A stretch of 40,339 nt of DNA. Source: Promethearchaeia archaeon (GTDB lineage: Archaea; Asgardarchaeota; Lokiarchaeia; Sigyniarchaeales; SOKP01). The first letter of the stretch is position 1; every line of letters begins with the position of its first letter. The position numbers were made by a program, and so were the translations under genes. Shown here piece by piece: positions 7,063-16,698 of the stretch. The stretch is taken from NCBI GenBank assembly GCA_029856125.1, contig JAHQWJ010000046.1, positions 1-40,339 of the forward strand, in the 5' to 3' direction. The notes under the pieces are model-generated. The model was not told the DNA's origin and made no database searches. It worked only from the letters and a program-made list of their open reading frames with translations.

Positions 7063-9381
7063 ATGATAAAAAAAATTAGAATGTTAGCACTAGTAACTCT
7101 TATAGTAATTTCTGCTTCAGCTTTTTCTTTAAAAGAATTAGAAACTCCAATTATAGTGACACCACAATTACCAGTATCAAGTGGAATTGGGCAAAATATA
7201 ACAGGAAGCTATGATGGGGATATCTCACTCGTTTATTTTGATTTCAATTCAGACTTTACTTCGTGGTTTGATCAAAATTCAAGTACGAGCATGATTCCTC
7301 ATAATAGATCGGTAAACAACAAAGAATTTGTTTTGAATCGGTTAGAAATCTATTCTGACAATATTATAAACGAGTCTGGTTCTGGAGAATACATAATAGC
7401 CAACAACACTAAGAAGCAATTAGATACTACTTCATCTAGAATGTTCGTTCAACAATTTACGGCCCCAGACTTAATTGCAATTGATGAGATACGGTTATAT
7501 CTCAACTATAGTATGATAATGATCCCTGAATTTAGCCATTATTATATGGTTCTTCGCATTTACAATGAGAATTTTGAAGAAGAAATAGATGTGATATGGA
7601 TTTATGAGTCAAGAATGGTCTTAGATGAATGGATTGTTTTTTATCCCCGTGCTAACATTTTTCAACCAGGAGAGACATATAGCCTCGTTTTACACCTTTG
7701 GTCAGAGAAGTTTGGAGCATTAGTTCCATTTAATTTTTGGAAAGCGGAAAATTATACGAGTCCAAGCTTCAATAAGGGTTTAACAGCGCGTTTTGACGGA
7801 ACTAGTTGGCTTCCATTTACCAACGATGCTACCACAGACTTACTATGTTTTTTCAGTTATAAGAAGATTGTTGATCCTGCTGCGATCGATCTTAAATACA
7901 TAATAAACAACGAAACAGTAGTTCCCGTTTATCAGCAAAGTTCTTTTGGAATGTGGGGTTATGAAGGGTATTTTTCATATACATTAGAAAATCAACTAGA
8001 CTCACCCTTAAACGTAACAGTTACTACAAACCAAACAATTCCAGCTCTTGATGTCTATATTGAAATGTATTATATCCACATTGTTAATGCCACTGGCACT
8101 TACAACATAAAAGATAATTTGAACGAATGGACTATAGATTATTACTATGAAGAAATATCCTTCGGGTGGCCTCCTCCAATATTTTTGTTCGAACGAGATT
8201 GGGATTTTGATACATTTTTAGATCCTGATGGTGTAACTATGGATGAGATATACTTTGGGCCGATGGATTTGTATAATAAATCATATTATGGAGTTACTAT
8301 ATTTTTTGGACCTCCTCTTGAGCGTGGATTTTATACTGGGATATTTCACTCTCCCAATTATTGCAATATTATCAATTCTAAAATCAAATCAGGATCGCAA
8401 TTTGTAATAAGAAGCTCTCTGGAACTCGGACAAACTATTATGATAGACGCAGAAATCCGAAATACTTTTAACCAACCCCTCTCTGGAGGTTCAGGACAAA
8501 TTTTAATTACTTCAGCATCAGGAACGATAATTCTCAACGAAACGGGGCTTACATCTATTAATGGTTTAATGAGCAGTTCGGAAGTATTACTTAACTCTGA
8601 ACTCGGAGAGGGTTTTTATACCGTGGAAATATTTTGGACAAATGGGAAAGAGATCGCTTTCTATTCCGTTCAAATCCAGGTTGAGGATCCTGCTAAAATA
8701 GTGCTTTTCGTTGGTATTATTATTGGAATTGCTGCTGCCTCAACCCCCTTAGCTATTGTTGCGAGAAAGCAAATAAAACAAAGAAATTGGAAAAAAGCTT
8801 TAAAGAACCTATTTGTATTAACAAAAGATGGAGTAAGCCTTTACGAATATTCATTTGGAATTGAGATTCAGGATCCAGCACTCATATCAGCGATGATTGC
8901 AGCTCTCACTAATTTTGTAAGGGAAGCTACTGGAAGCAAAAAAGCACTTCGTACTGTTGACCAAGAAGATAAAAAAGTCTTATTATATCACGGAGATTAT
9001 GTAACTGTTGCACTTTTATCCGAAAAAGATTTACCGATAATTCATAAGCGAATAAAAAAGTTTACAGAATTATTTGAAGTTGAATATGGTAAACATCTAA
9101 AAGGTTGGAAAGGAGAAACAACGATATTTAAAGGAACTGAGGTAATTTTGAATAAACAATTTCCGTTAGATGTTGAGGAGCAAGTAATTAGAGGCGTTAA
9201 GCAAAAACTTTTAGAATTTAGACAACAACTCGACATTTTAAACGATCCAGCACACATTATTACGCTTATGAGACACATTAACGATTTTATTTCGCGTTAT
9301 CAAGCGGTAGTCAACCAACATTATATTAATTATTATTTTGAAATTGTAAAAATTGCTGAAGAAAAGATTTCTTTAGCTTGA
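7063..9381 (+). CDS. Single-pass membrane protein: signal peptide, large extracellular domain, TM helix and cytoplasmic longin-like domain
   Basis: N-terminal hydrophobic signal and many N-x-S/T sequons. TM IVLFVGIIIGIAAASTPLAIVA followed by RKQIK. Then LKNLFVLTKDGVSLYEY...DPALISAMIAALTNFVRE...WKGETTIF, a longin-type pattern. Confidence 0.7.
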   Translation: MIKKIRMLALVTLIVISASAFSLKELETPIIVTPQLPVSSGIGQNITGSYDGDISLVYFDFNSDFTSWFDQNSSTSMIPHNRSVNNKEFVLNRLEIYSDNIINESGSGEYIIANNTKKQLDTTSSRMFVQQFTAPDLIAIDEIRLYLNYSMIMIPEFSHYYMVLRIYNENFEEEIDVIWIYESRMVLDEWIVFYPRANIFQPGETYSLVLHLWSEKFGALVPFNFWKAENYTSPSFNKGLTARFDGTSWLPFTNDATTDLLCFFSYKKIVDPAAIDLKYIINNETVVPVYQQSSFGMWGYEGYFSYTLENQLDSPLNVTVTTNQTIPALDVYIEMYYIHIVNATGTYNIKDNLNEWTIDYYYEEISFGWPPPIFLFERDWDFDTFLDPDGVTMDEIYFGPMDLYNKSYYGVTIFFGPPLERGFYTGIFHSPNYCNIINSKIKSGSQFVIRSSLELGQTIMIDAEIRNTFNQPLSGGSGQILITSASGTIILNETGLTSINGLMSSSEVLLNSELGEGFYTVEIFWTNGKEIAFYSVQIQVEDPAKIVLFVGIIIGIAAASTPLAIVARKQIKQRNWKKALKNLFVLTKDGVSLYEYSFGIEIQDPALISAMIAALTNFVREATGSKKALRTVDQEDKKVLLYHGDYVTVALLSEKDLPIIHKRIKKFTELFEVEYGKHLKGWKGETTIFKGTEVILNKQFPLDVEEQVIRGVKQKLLEFRQQLDILNDPAHIITLMRHINDFISRYQAVVNQHYINYYFEIVKIAEEKISLA

Positions 9382-9398
9382 TTTTTTTTCATTTTTTT
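9382..9398 (+). terminator. Archaeal U-rich terminator
   Basis: TTTTTTTTCATTTTTTT directly after the stop codon. Confidence 0.5.
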
Positions 9399-9519
9399 TA
9401 TAAATTAGGATAGAACGAGATTAAATCTTAACTAACATCGTTCAATAATTTAAAATGTTAATTCTCATTTTCTTTTTCATAAATTTAAAACAATTTAGAT
9501 TTTAGGTTAGATAAATTTT

Positions 9520-10941
9520 ATGGAATCAGATAGAGACGAGAAGTCTTACAATAAAACCATTTGGCCTGTTTATCTCCTTAACGGTTTTAATAGTATTGCG
9601 TTTGCAGGAATAATAATCCTTATGGTCCCCTTATCCACATTAATATGGCCTGGAGAAGATTATCACGCGTTAGAAATGGGGATAATTATGACAACTTTAC
9701 TTTGGAGTTCATCAATTTCGGGACTATTTTTTGGTAGGTTGATCGATAAATATTCTCGGGTAAAAGCCCTACTATTCATATCAATTGTTAGAAGTATATG
9801 TATGATATTGCTTGGATTCGCCATCCCCGGTCAAGGTTTACTTACGTGGTGGTATTTTTTGACTGTTGTATTGATTTTTGGTATGTTTTCAGGTGGAAGT
9901 TATCCAGCTATAGTTTCATTATCACATGACATAGTTCCTTTAAAACATCGATCGGAGTTCTTTGGAAATTTTAGCGTTGCAGGCTCGGTTTTTATGATGT
10001 TTGGTTTTCTGCTATCTGGTTCACTAGTTCAATTTGGTTTATGGAGATATTATTTTATTGGGATAGGACTCGCCGTTTTAGGGTCTGGAATACTATTTTA
10101 TCTAATTGTTAAAGAGCCAAAAAGGGGAGTACAAAATAGAGAACTGCAAAATGTACTTATGGATGATTCAATCGAATATGATTTTAAGATGGACAAGGAT
10201 TCAATGCGTAAAACTATGTTATCTCGTACTAATAAGGCCGCTTTAATAGAAGGTATATTTTCTAATGTATTCATGGGTAGTTTGGACATGATAATTTTGC
10301 CTTATTTGCAAACACCGCCTCATAATTTATCTCCACTTCTAACTGGCTTATTTATTGTTGTATTTGGCGTTGTTGGACGTATTATTGGACAGATTCTTCT
10401 CGCTCGGCTTTCTGATAAACTTGCAGAAAAAAAAGGAATCAGAAGGATTTATTTCATTATATTTTCTTTGATAGGGGGCTCAGTAACTTTTGTTCTGATG
10501 TTTTTCATCTCGATTCCTTTTCTAACGCCGGAGCAAGGAGCAGATATAGTACTTTTCTTTTCATTTCCGGCAACTTATATGATGGGAGCATTAATTTTAT
10601 GTTCGGACGCAGTTTCCTCTTTGTATATGGTTAACCAGCCCCCAGTACTCCAAGAAATAAACCTTCCAGAAGCTCAAGGTCAAATTGTTTCTTGGAACCA
10701 ATTTTTAGAAAATATTGGTTATGGAATGGGACCGTTAATTGCGGGGGTCTTTATTTCGGCTTTTGGTCAGAATTATCAAGTCAGCGCCATGATAATAACG
10801 GTTTTTGTAATACCTGGAACAATACTCTGGGTATTATCGTTAAAGTGGTATCATTTTGATAAAAATAATATCAAGGAAATATTAAAGGAAAGAGCAAAAG
10901 TGTTAGAAACGAGAAAAACGACACAAGACCATCAACATTAA
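9520..10941 (+). CDS. Major facilitator superfamily transporter
   Basis: About 12 TM segments; motif A GRLIDKYSR and second-half ARLSDK. Confidence 0.9.
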   Translation: MESDRDEKSYNKTIWPVYLLNGFNSIAFAGIIILMVPLSTLIWPGEDYHALEMGIIMTTLLWSSSISGLFFGRLIDKYSRVKALLFISIVRSICMILLGFAIPGQGLLTWWYFLTVVLIFGMFSGGSYPAIVSLSHDIVPLKHRSEFFGNFSVAGSVFMMFGFLLSGSLVQFGLWRYYFIGIGLAVLGSGILFYLIVKEPKRGVQNRELQNVLMDDSIEYDFKMDKDSMRKTMLSRTNKAALIEGIFSNVFMGSLDMIILPYLQTPPHNLSPLLTGLFIVVFGVVGRIIGQILLARLSDKLAEKKGIRRIYFIIFSLIGGSVTFVLMFFISIPFLTPEQGADIVLFFSFPATYMMGALILCSDAVSSLYMVNQPPVLQEINLPEAQGQIVSWNQFLENIGYGMGPLIAGVFISAFGQNYQVSAMIITVFVIPGTILWVLSLKWYHFDKNNIKEILKERAKVLETRKTTQDHQH

Positions 10942-11099
10942 TATAACTATTTTAAGTTTATAATTTTCGATCTTTATTTCTTTTTAAATAACCTATTTCC
11001 AATGAGATGGAATAATAAACATTCAAATAATCTTATTGATATAATAGTTGTTAGAAAAGTAAATAATCCTTTTCAAATTTAATTAATTGGATGATTAAA

Positions 11100-11642
11100 A
11101 TGGGTAAAAATTTAACCTCTACTTTACAATTTAAAGTTCCAATTTTTGGTGACGCGGGAGTTGGCAAAACTACCCTAACGCATCGTTATCTACATGGATT
11201 GTTCAAAGAGTCGTATCACGGAACTATTGGAGTTGATTTTTTCCTCAAGCGTTTTGAGATAGATGGTAAAAAAGTATCTTTACAAATTTGGGATTTTGCG
11301 GGTGAAGAGAAATTTAGGTTCCTCCTACCAGGAATCATAGATGGAGCTCATGGAACGATTTTTATGTTTGATATAACCAGATATGTAACCTTTCAAAATC
11401 TAACTAATTGGTTAAGCGTGTTTAATGAAACGAATGAAACTCAAGGCCAAAAGGTGCCCGCATTATTAGTTGGTAGTAAGACCGATCTCGAAGGATTAAG
11501 GACCGTTCCGTCAAAAGAAGGTAAAAAATTCGCACAAGAAAATAATTTAATTGGCTATATCGAATGTTCTTCTAAGAACGGAGAAAATGTCGAGGAGCTA
11601 TTTAAAATAATTACCAAAATTATGATTAGCAATATCAAATAG
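11100..11642 (+). CDS. Rab-like small GTPase
   Basis: G1 GDAGVGKT, TIGVDF, G3 WDFAGEE, G4 SKTD, G5 CSSK; no C-terminal Cys. Start could be 11091 or 11100. Confidence 0.9.
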   Translation: MGKNLTSTLQFKVPIFGDAGVGKTTLTHRYLHGLFKESYHGTIGVDFFLKRFEIDGKKVSLQIWDFAGEEKFRFLLPGIIDGAHGTIFMFDITRYVTFQNLTNWLSVFNETNETQGQKVPALLVGSKTDLEGLRTVPSKEGKKFAQENNLIGYIECSSKNGENVEELFKIITKIMISNIK

Positions 11643-11769
11643 TAAGTAAATACCTAAATTTTACTGAAAAATTATTATACCTTTTAATAATTAGTATAAA
11701 CTAATAGTGTATAATATCTAATTTTAGCATTAACTTATTATTTAAAATTAAGTTACTTCAATAGTAATT

Positions 11770-13386
11770 ATGAAATCTATGTTTGAACTAAATGTTCCTG
11801 TTCCATCGAAGCGTTCGTTGATCGTGAGGAATAATAAAGAAGTTTCTAAAGAACAGAGAGAGATCGCGTTAAAGGAAACGGAATATAGTATGTTTTCTTT
11901 TCCCGCAGATATGCTTGTTTTGGATTTTCTTTCTGATAGTGGAAGTTCATCCATGACTGACTTGCAATGGGCTTCCCTTTTTCACGGTGATGAATCGTAT
12001 GGGCGTAATAAAGGGTATTATGCTTTGTTGGAGGCAATACGAGACACTTTTGAGAGGGGGGATGAGCCAAAAAAAGCGGTTAACTTAATTCTTTCTGGAG
12101 AAACTAACATTAAAACACTTATGGATGAACTTTATCTCAAAACTTTCGAGGGTGGATTTGTTAATGGGGGCGTTCACCAGCTAGATCGCCCTAATGCTTT
12201 CATAGTTCCCCAAGGTCGCTGTGCAGAGCATTTATTATTCTCCACTATTGCGCCTATATTAAAAAAGATCAATCCGGATAAAGAATACTATATTCCAAAT
12301 AACGGGCATTTCGATACAACGGAAGCAAATATTGCTATAAATGGAATTAACCCTATAAATCTATTCTCTGTAAATATATTTGAGGATTTCCCTTCAGATC
12401 AAATGGATTCTATGAATCCTTTTAAGGGTAACATGGATAGCCAAGAACTTAAAGCCTTCATTCAAAATAAAGGAATTGAAAGCATACCTTTAATATACTT
12501 AACTATTACGAATAACACAGCTGCCGGTCAGCCTGTTTCTTTGAAAAATATAAAAGAAATTAGCGAGATCGCTCGTAGTTGTAATATTCCCCTTTTCTTC
12601 GACGCTTGTAGATTTGCAGAAAATGCTTACTTTATAAAAGAGTTTGAAGATGGATACAGCAATTATAGTATCTTAAAAATTATTCAAGAAATGTTCTCGC
12701 AGGTTGACGGGTTTACTATTAGCTTTAAAAAAGATGGACTCGCTAACATAGGTGGAGGTTTATTTTTTAGAGATAAAGGAGTTTTTTACCAAAAATTCTC
12801 GACTAACGGGAATATTGGGGCAAAATTAAAAGAAAAGCAGATATTAACGTTTGGAAACGATTCGTACGGAGGATTATCAGGACGGGATATTATGGCTTTA
12901 GCAGTAGGTTTATATGAAGTTGTTAAAGAACCATATTTGGCTGAGAGGATTCGCCAAGTTCGAGAATTCGCAAGAAAATTAGCAAATAATAACATTCCCG
13001 TCGTACTTCCTGCGGGAGGCCATGCTGTTTATATTAATGTGGAAGAGTTTTTTAAAGGAACCGATATGGAAATTGACGATTTTGGAGGTGTTGGGTTTAC
13101 GATAGAGCTTCTCAAGCATTATGGGATTAGAGCTTGCGAACTGGGGCCCTTTGCGTTCGAATGGGATAAGAAAACTCCAGAACAGCGTAAAGGTATACTT
13201 AATCTTGTGCGGTTTGCTGTCCCTAGGAATGTATACGATACTTCCCATATTGATTATGCAGTTGCGGCTATTACAGAACTCTATCGCAATAGAGATAAAA
13301 TTCCAAAAGTGAAAGTGTCTCGAGGAAGAGAATTAAGATTACGTCATTTCCAATCGGGACTACTACCCATATATACAAATGAATAG
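11770..13386 (+). CDS. tnaA: Tryptophanase / tyrosine phenol-lyase family PLP beta-eliminating lyase (long form)
   Basis: DFLSDSG, GDESYG, QGRCAE, HFDTT, TNNTAAGQPVS, DACRFAENAYFIK, SFKKDG (PLP Lys), YGGLSGRD, GGHAVY, RFAVPR and LRHF. Confidence 0.85.
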   Translation: MKSMFELNVPVPSKRSLIVRNNKEVSKEQREIALKETEYSMFSFPADMLVLDFLSDSGSSSMTDLQWASLFHGDESYGRNKGYYALLEAIRDTFERGDEPKKAVNLILSGETNIKTLMDELYLKTFEGGFVNGGVHQLDRPNAFIVPQGRCAEHLLFSTIAPILKKINPDKEYYIPNNGHFDTTEANIAINGINPINLFSVNIFEDFPSDQMDSMNPFKGNMDSQELKAFIQNKGIESIPLIYLTITNNTAAGQPVSLKNIKEISEIARSCNIPLFFDACRFAENAYFIKEFEDGYSNYSILKIIQEMFSQVDGFTISFKKDGLANIGGGLFFRDKGVFYQKFSTNGNIGAKLKEKQILTFGNDSYGGLSGRDIMALAVGLYEVVKEPYLAERIRQVREFARKLANNNIPVVLPAGGHAVYINVEEFFKGTDMEIDDFGGVGFTIELLKHYGIRACELGPFAFEWDKKTPEQRKGILNLVRFAVPRNVYDTSHIDYAVAAITELYRNRDKIPKVKVSRGRELRLRHFQSGLLPIYTNE

Positions 13387-13534
13387 CTTAATAATAAATT
13401 AGAAAGGTATTACATCTTAAAATTACCTAATCTACCAACTTCTCCGTTCTGTAATTAAGGATATGGAAGAAGTTGAATCTTATCAGGACTCTTAGATATT
13501 ATTAATTAAAATGATGGAATATTTGAAATAATAT

Positions 13535-13873
13535 TTAAATATCTAAAGTTCTCAATCTTTTGGAAAGATTTTTCCTTCTCAATATCTTCATAAAATCGTC
13601 TTCTCTTTGCTTCAATCTACCTAAAAACGAATCTAATTTGTCAAAATTGTTGAACCAATGCTCTTCTCCATTAACAATTATCTTTACGCCTTTTTTTTCT
13701 GTGTTAATGATGGCGTAGATACCCCCTACCTCTGAATCATGCTTAATAAAGACTTTTTCAGATTCTAAGTTGTGATCCTTTTCGTTACCTTTTTTTGCCC
13801 AAAACTGATTTTTTAGAAGATAGCTTCTATACATGCTCATTTTATCACACACACGACTTTTATTTTTATACAT
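13535..13873 (-). CDS. Hypothetical protein (basic, about 100-112 aa)
   Basis: ORF with plausible composition; no family recognised. Confidence 0.55.
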   Translation of the reverse strand: MYKNKSRVCDKMSMYRSYLLKNQFWAKKGNEKDHNLESEKVFIKHDSEVGGIYAIINTEKKGVKIIVNGEEHWFNNFDKLDSFLGRLKQREDDFMKILRRKNLSKRLRTLDI

Positions 13874-14231
13874 TTTACAAGAGTCATCATGGTATTCGTA
13901 ATGATGACCCTTTGAGTAGTATCCAAGTAATATAAACTTAGGTTAGGTAATAGAACAGTGTGTTATCTATGTTATATCCGCATATTACGCAAATTTTAAT
14001 TCAGTCCTACTAAATTTACTCATATTACTCAGAAACCTTATAAACAAAAAACCATCGAAGAAGTATTTAAATAACAAAGTAAACGGAAATACAGTAAATA
14101 CTAAATAAAAATTAGTTAAGGTCGATTTCCATTGCAAGTTTGTATTATGGTAACGGTCTTTCTTTCTAAGAAAATATTTTAAATAGTAGTTAAATAATTA
14201 GTATATAAGGATTTTGAATATTAGGAAGTAA

Positions 14232-14537
14232 ATGGGGTATTCATTACAAATGATGAGTGAATGTGATTTTTACAATAATCTTTACGATGATTTTCTTGAG
14301 ACCAGAAACGACGAAAACGAGAAGATTTTATGGAAAACGCACAAAATTATCGATTTGATGAAAGTTACAACTGAAAAGGACACAAATGGGTTATTGGAGA
14401 ATGGCTTAAGAATGATTATGCTTCTTTTTAAGCAGTTTAGGATAAATTCGTGTGATCTTTGTAGCATCGATTTAATCGACACACCCTTTAATGAAAAAGA
14501 AGAATTAATACTTATTTTACAAGAAGAATTTACTTAA
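14232..14537 (+). CDS. Hypothetical protein
   Basis: 101-aa ORF with AGGA upstream, convergent on and overlapping the PUA gene stop. Confidence 0.6.
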   Translation: MGYSLQMMSECDFYNNLYDDFLETRNDENEKILWKTHKIIDLMKVTTEKDTNGLLENGLRMIMLLFKQFRINSCDLCSIDLIDTPFNEKEELILILQEEFT

Positions 14538-15036
14538 ACTGCTTTTCAAATTTCCATACGTTATCTTGTATCGTATGCAGGTTTTTTACTACTTTCCCTG
14601 TTTTGATTTCTTGCATTTGATTAGCATTAAACATTGCCTTTCCAATGGCTAAAGCACGATCATGATTCTCATCAACAATTACGACGATATCTCCTTTTAT
14701 TATTGATGGGTCAATGTGTGTAATTCCGGGTCTCATCACATCTGCTGCATTTGTTACAAATCGGATAGCCCCTTTATCTACCACAATTTTTTTCAAATCT
14801 ACTTTTTTATTTAGGAGCAGTGTCAAAACTGGTATGTAGCCTTCCTTAGATTTCCATAGCTTTAATACGTTATTTACAGCATATAGAGTATCTCCCGCAT
14901 CAGTTTGAATTACTTCAATACGCGCTTTTTTAGGAAATATCTGTGCCACAAATTTTTCATCGTAATGATTTAAGATATCATCTTGCAATTCTTTTATTTG
15001 TGATTTTTGAATAAAATGCCTTTGTTTAATATTCAT
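14530..15036 (-). CDS. Pre-PUA/PUA RNA-binding protein (archaeal MCT-1/Tma20 homolog, DUF1947)
   Basis: IVVDKGAIRFVTNAADVMRPGI...LAIG...GKVVKNLH..D.VW. Confidence 0.9.
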   Translation of the reverse strand: MNIKQRHFIQKSQIKELQDDILNHYDEKFVAQIFPKKARIEVIQTDAGDTLYAVNNVLKLWKSKEGYIPVLTLLLNKKVDLKKIVVDKGAIRFVTNAADVMRPGITHIDPSIIKGDIVVIVDENHDRALAIGKAMFNANQMQEIKTGKVVKNLHTIQDNVWKFEKQFK

Positions 15037-15127
15037 AGTTCATAGGGTTAATAAAAATCATCAAATAAAAACCTTGTAATTATGGTGAAATATCTCTTAA
15101 ATTAAGGATGAGTTAAAAAAAATTCTA

Positions 15128-15703
15128 CTACTTATAATTCTCTTTAGACTTATAAACTAAATCAGCTATTTTATCGAATACTAAACCTACATTTTCCCCG
15201 GTGAGGGCTGATGTCTCTAAATAGGGTGCATTCAATTTCTCGCTTAGGTGTTCAGCCATAGGTAAAATAATTTTCCTTTCTTCTGTTAAATCTACCTTAT
15301 TTCCTATTAAGATCCTTGGTATTCCGCTTAATCCATACTTCACAGCTGCGCTATACCAGTTATTAACATTACTAAATGTACTTGAGCGCGTGATGTCGAA
15401 TACTAGAAGCATTCCATCTGCCCCATTGAAATATGGACGATGAAGCATATAGAATTGAGGTTGTCCTGCGATATCCCAAAACATTAGATTAACTGTGGCA
15501 TCGTGATCTTTCAGTTCGATTGGCTCTTTGAGGATTTGAACGCCGACGGTTGGCAAATATTTCTTTTCAAATTGATTTGTAGCAAATTGAGTAAGAAGAC
15601 TTGTCTTTCCAACAGCAGGATCCCCTATAACAATAACTTTATAAATTGCATCTGTTCTTCCTTTAAAAACTATTTCTTCTTCTTTTCGTTCTTGATCGTT
15701 CAT
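15128..15703 (-). CDS. Rab-like small GTPase
   Basis: YKVIVIGDPAVGKTSL, PTVGV, WDIAGQ, LLVFDIT, GNKVDL and ETSALTG. Confidence 0.93.
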   Translation of the reverse strand: MNDQERKEEEIVFKGRTDAIYKVIVIGDPAVGKTSLLTQFATNQFEKKYLPTVGVQILKEPIELKDHDATVNLMFWDIAGQPQFYMLHRPYFNGADGMLLVFDITRSSTFSNVNNWYSAAVKYGLSGIPRILIGNKVDLTEERKIILPMAEHLSEKLNAPYLETSALTGENVGLVFDKIADLVYKSKENYK

Positions 15704-15878
15704 GTGTTTTCTGATCGCTTTAGGTTTTAATTTTAATAGTTATAATAAATATGAACTTCTTATTTATATTTCTTTAGAAATTCTCAAACACAAAATCCCG
15801 GTAATATCGTACCAGATTACGAGATTTCAGAAATTCCAGAAATTCTCGAAATTAGTAATAAGTTAACCTTAAAAAGAT

Positions 15879-16517
15879 TTAATCTTTAAGCATTAATTTA
15901 TTAATCCAAAAAGTGATTTTCTCCATTAAATGATTTTTAATTGTCTTTGAAGTTGTATCTTGTTCGTCCATTAAATCGTTCAATGAACTCGCTGTATTTA
16001 ACCGATTAATAACTTGTAAAACTTCGTGTAAAATTCTATGACCGCCTGTAAATTCAAAAATATCCTCCTTAACTTGTTTTAAAATTGGTTTAACGGCAAG
16101 TGGATCGTCAAGAACTTCTAAATTCTCTTTCAAGCCATTCAATTGGTTTAGTATCACTTCTTTTTTGCTTGTTGCTGTTTCGTCCCTATCAACAGAATTT
16201 TCAACTTTTTTTTTTTCCGAAGTAATTTGCCCCATGTTTTTTAGTAAAGATTTAATTAAATCCAATTCATCTTCTAAGACTTTCTGATTTTCTATAACAT
16301 TACTAAGCTGTGGTATCAAACTTTTTATTTCAATGGTAGCTTTGTCCAAACCGCTAATTTTATCCGTTAATTGGGTTATTTTGAGGTTTGTCTGTCCCAT
16401 TTTTGTTATTATGTCTAAACCAAATTTTTCTAATATTGAAGAAAATGAATCCATCTTAGATTGGAACTCTTCAAACGACTTAGATAAATCTTCTATATTC
16501 TTATCCATTGATTCCAC
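15879..16517 (-). CDS. Coiled-coil hypothetical protein
   Basis: Heptad-rich N-terminal half; co-oriented upstream of the Rab-like GTPase. Confidence 0.7.
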   Translation of the reverse strand: MESMDKNIEDLSKSFEEFQSKMDSFSSILEKFGLDIITKMGQTNLKITQLTDKISGLDKATIEIKSLIPQLSNVIENQKVLEDELDLIKSLLKNMGQITSEKKKVENSVDRDETATSKKEVILNQLNGLKENLEVLDDPLAVKPILKQVKEDIFEFTGGHRILHEVLQVINRLNTASSLNDLMDEQDTTSKTIKNHLMEKITFWINKLMLKD

Positions 16518-16698
16518 CGTTACTCCTCATACTATTGACTTAGCCAATTATGAAAAGTAAATTTCTCCAGCAAAATTAGGGAGAACATTATATATATATA
16601 TAAGATCAATTTTTTATTCTTTTTATATATAAATAATTATACTATAAAAATTTAAATTCAAGTTTTTTGGGCATATTAATTTACCTTACTCAACTTCT

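Noticed and set aside
11674-11685. ATTATACCTTTT shared with 28808-28819, upstream of two PLP enzymes
   Set aside because: AT-rich, with similar words in both orientations elsewhere (for example near 28586). It is likely a general promoter-like or chance sequence.
13901-13960. ATGATGA as a box C of a C/D sRNA
   Set aside because: No CTGA box D at a suitable distance downstream on this strand.
15776-15853. GAAATT reiterations and an imperfect hairpin between the coiled-coil and Rab genes
   Set aside because: Short and degenerate; cannot be distinguished from background.
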